Shown here in pieces: positions 47,172 to 58,600 of a stretch of 64,000 nt of DNA (positions are counted from its first letter, which is position 1; each line of letters begins with the position of its first letter). Below the pieces are notes generated by a model. That model saw only the letters and a program-made list of their open reading frames with translations, did no database searches and was not told where the DNA came from. A program made the position numbers and the translations under genes. The DNA is from Macrostomum lignano (taxonomy: Eukaryota): contig NIVC01000102.1 in NCBI GenBank assembly GCA_002269645.1, positions 910,951 through 974,950 on the forward strand, read 5' to 3'.

Positions 47172-50100
47172 ATGGCGATGGCGGATTTGAAAAATCGAGT
47201 ACAGGCGATGCGAAATGAGTTCGAGGATAAAACGGCTGAAATTGAGGAGGTTCGAACTAAACTCAAGGTGAGCTGCTTTCGTCTGGAGCTGACTTTGAGG
47301 TTGCTCCTTTTCAGTATTTTGGTTCACGAGCTTACAAATTGCTTTTTTCTCCGCTTCCATTACCAACTCTCTCTCTCCGTCACCAACTCTCTCTCCGTCA
47401 CCAACTCTCTCTCTCCGTCACCAACTCTCTCTCTCCGTCACCAACTCTCTCTCTCCGTCACCAACTCTCTCTCCGTCACCAACTCTCCCTCTCCGGCACC
47501 AACTCTCTCCCTCTCCGTCACCAACTCTCTCTCCGTCACCAACTCTCTCTCCGTCACCAACTCTCTCCCTCTCCGGCACCAACTCTCTCCCTCTCCGTCA
47601 CCAACTCTCTCTCCGTCACCAACTCTCTCTCTCCGTCACCAACTCTCTCTCTCCGTCACCAACTCTCTCTCCGTCACCAACTCTCTCTCTCCGTCACCAA
47701 CTCTCTCCCTCTCCGGCACCAACTCTCTCCCTCTCCGTCATCAACTCTCTCTCCGTCACCAACTCTCTCTCCGTCACCAACTCTCTCTCTCCGTCACCAA
47801 CTCTCTCCCTCTCCGGCACCAACTCTCTCTCTCTCCGTCACCAACTCTCTCCCTCTCCGTCACCAACTCTCTCCCTCTCCGTCATCAACTCTCTCTCCGT
47901 CACCAACTCTCTCCCTCTCCGTCATCAACTCTCTCTCCGTCACCAACTCTCTCTCCGTCACCAACTCTCTCTCTCTCCGTCACCAACTCTCTCCCTCTCC
48001 GTCACCAACTCTCTCCCTCTCCGTCATCAACTCTCTCTCTCTCCGTCACCAACTCTCTCCCTCTCCGTCACCAACTCTCTCTCTCTCCGTCACCAACTCT
48101 CTCCCTCTCCGTCACCAACTCTCTCCCTCTCCGTCACCAACTCTCTCTCTGTCTGTCTCCTAAAAATGACATTAATATAGAAGCTCATCACGCCATCTCT
48201 CTAACAAAGGAGGAACGATCGAAACGCGAGGTGCTGGATGCGGAGCGAGAGGACCAGGAGAGGCGGGTGGCGGTGCTGGAGCGAGAGATCGATACGGCCT
48301 CCAGGCGGTTGGCCGAGGCGGAGCAGCAGCTGGTTGATACTCAGGATCAGGCTGAGCTCACCGAGACTGAGCGGAACTCCAGGGAGAAGACGAGCAATGA
48401 GCAGGTAAGCGATTCTCTGGGAGAGAGTAGGGCGATTCTCTAGGGGAGATTAGGGCTATTCTTTAGGAGAGATTAGTGCGATTCTCTATGGAAGAGTAGG
48501 GCGATTCTCAATGGGAGAGTAGGGTGATTCTCTATGGAAGAGTAGGGCGATTCTCAATGGGAGAGTAGGGTGATTCTCTAAGGAAGAGTAGGGCGATTCT
48601 CAATGGGAGAGTAGGGTGATTCTCTAAGGAAGAGTAGGGCGATTCTCAATGGGAGAGTAGGGTGATTCTCTGAGGAAGAGTAGGGCGATTCTCAATGGGA
48701 GAGTAGGGTGATTCTCTAAGGAAGAGTAGGGCGATTCTCAATGGGAGAGTAGGGTGATTCTCTAAGGAAGAGTAGGGCGATTCTCAATGGGAGAGTAGGG
48801 TGATTCTCTAAGGAAGAGTAGGGCGATTCTCAATGGGAGAGTAGGGTGATTCTCTAAGGAAGAGTAGGGCGATTCTCTATGGGAGAGTAGGGTGATTCTC
48901 TAGGTGAGATTAGGGCAATTCTCTAGTGAAGATTAGGGCGATTATCTAGGGGAGATTAGGGCGATTCTCTAGGAGAAATTAGGGTGATTCTCTAGGTGTG
49001 ATTAGGGTGATTCTTTAAGAGAGATTAGGGTGATTCTCTAAGTGAGGTTAGGTCTATTCTCTAAGTGAGATTAGGGCGATTCTCTAGGTGAGATTAGGGC
49101 GATTCTCTAAGTGAGATTAGGGCGATTCTTTAGGTGAGATTAGGGCGATTCTCTAAGTAAGATTAGGGCAATTATCTAGTGGAGATAAAGGCGATTATCT
49201 AGGGGAGATTAGGGTGATTCTTACCGGGAGTTTAGACACCCGGTGGGAAAAAAATGGTCGCCGCGACGGCTTCTGTTTGTTGCGTTTACGACGGCGGAAA
49301 CTCCGTTCGAGTGAACGCCGAGTTTCCGTCGCCACAACGGTCGCTGCGACGGCGGTCGGAAGACCCATTAGCGACTCTTATATGCGTACGATACTACTTG
49401 TATCGTGTAGTAGTGTAGATGGACCATGATATATCCCACGAATTTTTTTTTTTTCGGAATAAAAAAGAAACGAAATATAGATGCAGTCCTTTTCAACAAA
49501 TAAACATTATGTTGCTATGGGAAATGCTTTTTAGCATTATATTTATAGAATTACCTGATTATTCAGTTCCTGCTAGAGAAGAAAAAATTCACCCATAGAC
49601 ATACTTCAAAAAAGTACAATAATATCAAACTGTTGTTTATTAAGCATACACGAAGCGTACAAGAAAGCAATCGTTCACAATATTAAGTACAATAAAGTAC
49701 AATAAGGTATAAATGGCCTATAGGGTCCATTGTACCCCACAGACAAATAAGCAGTCATCAATAGAAATATGGCGTGCATTAGCTAACTAATTTTCTGATT
49801 ATGAACATTGAGCAACTACTCCAGATCAGAGCAGTACTCGAGTTCGAGCTCTTGCTCAACTCAGAGTTTGAGGTGAAACTTGCCAGTTATTGCTCACTTT
49901 ATTCATACGGCCAAATGACTAATTCAATGGGCTTTCTATGCACATAAAGTAATAACACTGTTATGTACAGAAGCTGCAATAATAGTCGATTTATGGGGTC
50001 AAAAAACTCATTATTTTTTAAACGTTTGGGGTTTAGAGTAAAAGATCAGCTGTATCATTTAACATATAAGGACACCTAATTTAGCGCCCCAAGGACATCT

Positions 50101-53100
50101 AGTTTGATCCCCTAAGGACACCTAATTTATCGCCCCAAGTACATCTAGTTTATCGCCCCAAGGACACCTAATTTAGCGCCCCAAGGACATCTAGTTTGAT
50201 CCCCTAAGGACACCTAATTTATCGCCCCAAGTACATCTAGTTTAGCGTCCCAAGGACACCTAATTTATCGCCCCAAGGACACCTAATTTAGTGCCCCAAG
50301 GACATCTAGTTTAACGCCCCAAGGACACCTAATTTAGCGCCTCAAGGACATCTAGTTTAGCGTCCCAAGGACACCTAATTTATCGCCCCAAGGACACCTA
50401 ATTTAGCGCCCCAAGGACATCTAGTTTAGCGTCCCAAGGACACCTAATTTATCGCCCCAAGGACACCTAGTTTAGCGTCCCAAGGACACCTAATTTATCG
50501 CCCCAAGGACACCTAGTTTAGCGTCCCAAGGACACCTAATTTATCGCCCCAAGAACACCTAGTTTAGCGTCCCAAGAACATCTAGTTTGACCCCCTAAGG
50601 ACACCTAATTTATCGCCCCAAGGACACCTAATTTAGCGCCCCAAGGACATCTAGTTTAGCGTCCCAAGAACACCTAATTTATCACCCCAAGGACACCTAA
50701 TTTATCGCCCCAAAACATCTAGTTTGACCCCCTAAGGACACCTAATTTATCGCCCCAAGGACACCTAATTTAGCGCCTCAAGGACATCTAGTTTAGCGTC
50801 CCAAGGACACCTAATTTATCGCCCCAAGGACACCTAGTTTAGCGTCCCAAGGACACCTAATTTATCGCCCCAAGGACACCTAGTTTAGCGTCCCAAGGAC
50901 ACCTAATTTATCGCCCCAAGAACACCTAGTTTAGCGTCCCAAGTACATCTAGTTTGACCCCCACAGAGAATCGCTCGCTGTGAGAAGCGCCAATTGACAA
51001 CTGCTTTCAGAAATTTTTCTTTGAGACTCACTGTATGAGAATCTCTTTCATGCGAGAATTGTCCCTTGCGAAGAACCTTGCAAAAATCGATTCGCAGAGA
51101 CCCTAACCTGACGTTTTAATAACTCAAATCTCCAATCCATAGGCGCGTATGGTAATTATAAAGCTTCCTCTCTGGCTCAATGGCCTCCATAAAATTTAGA
51201 AAATGCTGTGGAAAAATTTCGGCATGCAGTTGGCTTTTGCGAATTTTCTTCTTGATGAATAGCTATTTGCATATGCCATTTTCTAACGCCCTATAAAACA
51301 TTTTACAATCGGCTTTCGCGTGGCTATATCTGAGAATAAACATATTTTCAAGACAGCTAATTATGGAGGTGGGAACAGTAAAATGGGGCATCTTTGTGAG
51401 AAGGGCAACTGAACCACAAAAGGGAAATTCTTAGCTTACTATATGCACCTAAAAATGAGGCATAGAAATGAGATTTTGAGATTGGGGGATTTTTGCGTCA
51501 CCGATTGTCGGGGGATTTTCCGGAGAATTCCCAGGGGGGCTTTGTTTTGACGGGAGGGTGATAGTTGTGCACATATGATGGTTAAGGCGATGGAGACTCG
51601 TCAGATAAGTCCTGCGAATCAGGATAGTGCCGCTTTCCGCTGCCCTGCTCGGGTGCACTTGGGCGCTTCTTCGCCTTCTTGCGCAGGTTGTCCCCCGCAT
51701 GCTTAAGAGCCGAGATGACGTGTTTTTCTACATCTCGCTCAGATGGCCTCTCATGAGGCTTGTCGTCTTTGTACATCGTGGAAACGGCTCCTGGAATTGG
51801 ATTGGTGGTTTTATTCTGTCAAATTTATTCTACTCTATGCTCCATAGTCCCTACTTTAAGTAGACATTATTCACTTGAATTTGTCTAAATGTTTCATTCT
51901 GAACCAGTTTCATTGAAGAAACTATACTATAAAATTAGGCAAAATGATTCTGATTCTAGATTTACAATTACACACTTTCGGATTTCTGTAAACTTACGCT
52001 TCAGAAGAGGAAGCAGTGTTGTCTGGAAGCCAAGGCTGTCATCTGTTCCCGCGCCGCCGGACCTCTCGGCCAAGCCTCGACCGCAATAGTTTAGCTGGGC
52101 CATCATTTCAGGGGTGATACACTTTAGCAGCATCCGTCGGATGGTGCTCGCAACACTGTCACCCCGGCAGCGTGCCAGTTGCGTGCGCAGAACTTTCTGT
52201 GCCTCCTTATCTGATGCCAGCTTTAGATAGCCCGCCCACGAAGCAGCTGGTTGCCATTCAGCTTCGGGCAGCTCGATGATAGTGCCGCCAACAGTCGAGT
52301 TGCCCTGCCTGTTGAGGGCCGCCAGAATCTCCCGCTGCTGCTGTTGTATTGTTGCGTCTCGCTGCTCTTGGAGCTGCTGGCCGCGCAACACCAGCAACAT
52401 CAGCTGCGAGATACCCTTCAGACTCGCCAAGTCACCGAACTTGGCTGTTAAGTCCATCATCAGCCTGCGAGCGGCTTGGTTCTCCAGTTGTAGGCCCACG
52501 CTTTCCCTGTTGCGGCTCTGGGTGCTTGAGCTAGCAGCTGTGATAGCAGCAGCAGCAGCAGCAGCAGTGAAACTCTGGTCATGTTGAGGCCCTGGTGTCG
52601 ATGTAGCCGTAGCGGTATCTGTTGGCTGAATAGAATAGGGGTGGGGGACAAATCATTACACTCATTACTCCGGATCTGCGAATACATTTATGTCATTTTC
52701 TTGTATAAAGCATATACACCTTATACTTTCATAGTCTCGAATTCGTACTTAAAATTTAATGCGAACATAGCATAGCATTTATCAATCACAATTACTAATC
52801 TTGCACACTCATTTATTTATTACTTTGAAGTTGCTGCTGTCGAGACTATAGTGACTAAAATGATGTGCAAAGATGACCAGGGGACCGGATTAACCTTTCC
52901 AAGAATTAAACATGTCAATGTCAAGGCGCTCACTATAGTATAAATATACCGTACCCACGGCCAAGCGCCTGAGCGTTATAAATATTTTGTTGTACTTTTT
53001 ATTTGCGACTCAGTTGTCATGATTTACCATAGAAAATTTCCTTTTACAGTTCTTTCTCGCAGTTAAGTTTCTCGCTTCATATCTTCTCATCGTTTAACTC

Positions 53101-55114
53101 ATAATATATATACTTGAATTCAGCCCAAGTTGACCTATAATTTCACTACAGCGTAAATCTAAAAATTGGTCTGCCATGACATTTTCATCGTCAGGTAGTG
53201 AGACACAAGGTGTGCTATGCTTACCCGCACCGAACGATGCAAATCCGACGGAGAAGCGGCTGCTGCTGAAGGTGAAGCTCGGTTCTGCATGGGTAGTAGT
53301 TGAGCCGCCTCCATACTCGGCTTAGGTACCACAGAAGCTCCATGTGGATGGCTCGCGGATGCTGCTGGCTGCCCGGAACCGACATCAGCCTCTGAATCCA
53401 TCGTGCCATGATCCGATTGGAGTGCCTGCACAGATAGATCGCATAGTATGGGAATGGATTATATAGTTTATCCAGGTGTATGATTATTTCAAAGCCCGAA
53501 ATTATCTCACGTTATGCTTAGACTATAACGACGCAACAGTGAAGGGAAAGGCCCGAATTATACTCATTTTTCTAAGCTAGCAGAATTATATTTTACCTGA
53601 TGGCTTGTGGATAACTCCGTTAAAGCAGCCCTTGGCCTTAGCTTAGAGTTTATTCTTAGAAACGTACAAACAAAAATAGGAGTAAAATCATTCTCCTTCC
53701 CTGTCCGCAACCGTTGTTTTTACCCATAATCCGCTCATTCCTTTCCACTCTGCCCTCCGACCACTCCCACACTTCCATTTGTATTTCTAAGAACGAATTC
53801 TTTCTACTGCACTGCAAAAAGACAGTCAAAAAGCTTTTTCGACGGCGTGATTTTTGGCTCCTGTTCTGATCGATAGACACCTGGTTTCTTAATAATTTAG
53901 TTTGGTAAATTATCTTTTACATACCTGCACGGGCTTCAGCAGCAGCCGCTTCTTCACTCCGGGACAAATAACGCGTGGCGAAACCTGAAGGAACATTCGC
54001 TTCGGGCGAAAGTCTTTTTCAAGCCGGCACCTGCGGCAGTACTGTATGACTCTTGTAAGATCATACCCGTCATCAAGCGATACCTGAGAAGTAAGGATTG
54101 GGTGTAAATCTAAATTGTATGGTATAAGTCGTCCCCGACTCCATTTTATTTGTATGCATTATATAGATGAAGGTAGCAGGCTGCAGGTCTTGATAAAGTG
54201 CGGACGGTTTTTATATTTACGGAATACCTGCGGAATGGTGTAAAATATTTATGATGCGGACATTGTTTTGGCTCCAATGGCTTCCTCATCAAACGATGCA
54301 ATATTTCCCCGCATTCAGCTACATGCTATACCATCGTGGCCCTTGTTATATGCACTTTTCAATTTCCGAAAAATGTGCACTGCTCTATTTCCAGTAGTGT
54401 AGTCGGGCATAGGAATCATAACAATCAAAGTGGAAAAACTGGTAGAAATTTCTGCTTCTTGACACGGTACGGTGGACTCAATTTAAACATTGTTATTGCC
54501 TAAAGAGTCTGTTGTGGCAGTAACAGGCTTTGAAAGCCCAGGAAAAGCAATTATATTAAGGAATTTATTCTATTCCGCATTCCGGTTCCGCAGTTTATAA
54601 AGAGCCGCAGGCTGCAGCTGACCAAACAATAGAAATAAGATAAAAAAGTCAATATCATTTGCTTACCAATATAACTGTTGCTTCGTAGAAGGCGTCTCCG
54701 TAGATGGCGCTGCAACGGATCCGCTCCGTCTCATGATCATCACTTTGAGCAAAGCCTATCCAGTCATTGTGACTGTCAAACGTAGCGAATCGCCCTTGAA
54801 GCCTTATTTGTTCAAAAGGTACTTCAACTACTTCCAGGTCGCAACTAAAAATTACTACGAAGCGCATTGCCATATACGAGCGTACTAGAGCTGAGAGATA
54901 ACTACAGAAACGATCAGATAGATATGTCAGATGCTCATAGGAATTGTTCTACGAAGTGAATAGTATCTGACTCAGAAAGTCGTAGTCTGTTCTTAAATGC
55001 CACTTAATTCTTTTGTGAACCAATGAGAAAGCTACTGCTCTTTTTATCCTCTCTCTCGTTTGCATTCTTTTAGTCCTCATGTTCAGCGACAGCCAATGGG
55101 AGATCTTAGTGCAT

Positions 55115-55159
<45 letters not shown>

Positions 55160-55485
55160 TCTGTCTTCGTCTGTTTGATTAGACTTCAGGTTTCTATATT
55201 ATTGCCTATATTTTAGAGAAGGGGACAGAATATAGAATTTTGCACCCAGTTTATAATTGTGTCTCTGTCTCTCTGTGGGGCTCTGGGGGCTTCCCCTACT
55301 TTTCCTCTCCTCTCCTTTACCCCTTTCTCTCCCTGTCTCTCTCTCCCTCCCTCTCTCACCCTCTCACAGTCTTCCTCTCAGTCTCACTCACTTTATCTCC
55401 TCCTCTCCGTCTCTCCCTCATCCCTATCTCTCTCTCCCTCTGTATGTGTCTCTGTCTCTTCTCTCTGTCCCCTCTCTTTTCTCTC

Positions 55486-55536
<51 letters not shown>

Positions 55537-55570
55537 GTGTCTCTGTCTCTTCTCTCTGTCCCCTCTCTTT

Positions 55571-55653
<83 letters not shown>

Positions 55654-58600
55654 GTCTATCCCTCATCCTCTCTCTCCCTCTGTGTGTCTGTCTCTCTCTT
55701 CCCACCTCTCTCTCTCTTTCTCTCTGTTATCTTGCCTATGAGATACATTGTGATGGTGGGTAGGAGGGTATGCTGTGCTATGTGGCGCCACTCTGTCTGT
55801 AACGATGAGACTTTATCGGTACACCCACATTCCGGCTGGCCATGAATATGGAACTGAGTGTTCGCAAAAAGGCCCTCAAACCCCCACTACCCCTATCTTT
55901 TACATTTCTAAGTTTGAAAATCGGAAATGAAGAGCGTGGGAAAATTACTTGAATTGGCTTAGAATGTTAAGATTTAGTATATTTGGATTGCTCTTTGTTT
56001 GCCGGGGCTTCAGCCATAGAATTCTAGATAACTAACTGGAAGCGAAGGCTTTTTTGGGGGGCGGACACAACCGCGGCCGAGTGGGAGCCTGCATGTTTTC
56101 TGGCTGCCTTATTCAACACTAATGTTTTCACTAATAATTGGCTGCTGTTATTAAGAGTAACATTTAATTCTTTAAGTTTATTTTTTTAATTAACAAGTCA
56201 GTGCTTATTAAGAGTCACTAAAGGTATTTGTGACATATCTTAACAAAACTAATATTTTTGCAAAGCCGCAAAGTAAACACATAGGATCAGTAAAAAATCA
56301 TAGTATGAACATAAATTAGCTGCTTAATCTAATCTATGAAGAAGATGCATCGCGGTACCATCGCCACTGCATCGCGGTACTTTCCGGCGATCGATTTCAC
56401 CTGATGCATCGCGGTCAAACTCGACGATTTCGTCGAGTCTCTTCCTGCCGACCGTCGAACGCGCCCAGCGCCAGCTGGACCAGCTTGTGAGCGTTGCTGC
56501 AAGCGTCGGCCTGGGGGTCAACACGCAGAAGACCGTCGTGCTTCGAATACCGAGACGCTGACAGGCAGGTGTCGAAGCTTCCGCACTGTCAGCAGTTCGT
56601 CTGCCTCGGCGGTCTGCAGACCATGGTGCTTGATGTTCCAGAGGACCTAGCACGTCGCCGTGGACTTGCTTGGGTTGCCTTCCGTTTCGTGAGGGCTGTC
56701 CTGCAGTCCGAGGCCCTGCCTGACGGCCAGAGGGCGGCGTTGTTCAAGGCGGTGATCGAGACCGTCCTGTTGTACAACACCGAGACCTGGACACTGACGG
56801 ATTCGCTCGAACAGCAGGTCAATGCGGCGCACGCTGGCCTGTCTTTAAGATCGGCTGCGAGCACGTCACCAATGCGGGCTCTATCGCCGCACTGGCCTGT
56901 CCCTTCCCAGCAAACTTTTGCGCCGTCCACGACTCCAGCTGGCAGGCCACATCATCCGAGCCGAGTCCTAAAGTCCACAGCCGGTGCAGGAAGTGCTGCT
57001 GCTGTCGCTGCAGGCACCCTACCGGCGGGGACAGGCGCGCAGTCTGTGTTTCGTCGACTTGCCGGCTAATGCCGGCGCCCCGGACTCTGCCGGCGGTGCG
57101 GCCGGCGGTTCGCGCCCAGGCCCTGAAACGTGTGACGTTGTCCTTGTCTCTCATGACCATGACTCGCTGGAATGGCTGACAGCGCATTTTGTTGTTGTAT
57201 GGAGGGCACACCGGCACACCATCATTCCTTATTCAGAGTGTCGCTGTTTCTCCTGCGCTCACTAAGAATCCTTGTGACGTTGTGTGAAAATCGGTGGCAA
57301 TAAAGTGCAACAGTTGAGATTCTGTCCTGGGTTGGTAGTTTACCCTTCGAATTCGTTGCGACCACTCTTCAAATAGTTGAAAATCATGCAAAGGAAGCAC
57401 ATGAGAAAATATTCTGCTTTCTGCTCCTGAAGATTGAACCGCTGGATTTTTATTTGTAGTTGCATATCCAGATCCAGACCTGTAGTTGTAAGCTGCGTAT
57501 TTATAAACAATTCTTTTTCTCTGACTCTGATATAGCATGCATCATATCGAATCTTTATAAATTTTTCATTTAGGGTGAAGTGGAGAAGGCATCCTCAAAA
57601 GCATGCGAGCAAATGTACACCCAATGTGCATGCGTTCAGCTTTCAAGTGGGGGGCCTGTTACCCCGTGTGCATCACAGACAAAAAAACAGCACTGATTTA
57701 CCGGGGATCTTCCTTCCCCTCCGAAGGGTTTTTCTCCTGTCTAGGACAAAAAAACTTCCAAGCCTTGTGAAGAGCCTGCCCACCTCAAACCCCGCTTAGT
57801 CAGTGGGACTGAGATAGGGCAGGGAATACTCTACATACTCTCATACTCTATGTAGAGTATTCCCTGGATAGGGAAAGGCAGGCCGTTTAAACAAGCTAAA
57901 ATGACTCGGCCCGGTTGTGTCCGCTTTCGACCCACGAAAAAGTGAGCCTTCTCTTCCAGTTAGTTATCTAGAATTCTATGCTTCAGCACACACCCTCCAT
58001 CTTGCACCCTGCCTTTTCCGGATCCACCAAAATACGCAACAGACTGAGTGTTGTGATCTGTACCCTGGCCCCTCCCCTTCCTTTGATGCAGGCTCCTGCT
58101 TGATTTCCCTGCTTGATTAGTTGCTAAAATGCTATTGCTAAAATTTGTGATTCAAAGGTAACGATAAAAATAAATTCTAAAAAAAACATTTGTATTTGTA
58201 TTTACTAATACAGCTTTACAGCTATTTGTATTCATTTCTCCGCCTTCGAGTATCTGGAAAGCTGATTAGGCTAGAGATCGATTCTTTCTGCAAAAGACAC
58301 CGACTGGGTGCTCTAATTATCTGTAGAGTCTCATATCTGAATCTACAGATACAGCTTGGCAGTTGCTGATTGATTTTTTTGGCTTTCCCTATTAAAATAC
58401 ATTAGAATTTCTAGGAATCTCCGCTTTTGAATATCTGGAAAGCTGATTAGGCTAGAGATCCGATTCTTTCTGCAAAAGACACCGACTGGGGTGCTCTAAT
58501 TATCTGTAGAGTCTCATATCTGAATCTACAGATACAGCTTGGCAGTTGCTGATTGATTTTTTGGCTTTCCCTATTAAAATACATTAGAATTTCTAGGAAT

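Noticed and set aside
47268-48209. Continuous 423-aa ORF through tropomyosin intron 1
   Set aside because: The middle is a stop-free minisatellite. Canonical phase-0 splice sites at 47268 and 48209 give a clean coiled coil.
57770-57890. Hammerhead ribozyme reading of the hairpin region (CTGAGA...GAAA)
   Set aside because: The CUGANGA core is incomplete and there is no UH cleavage triplet in the required stem III position.
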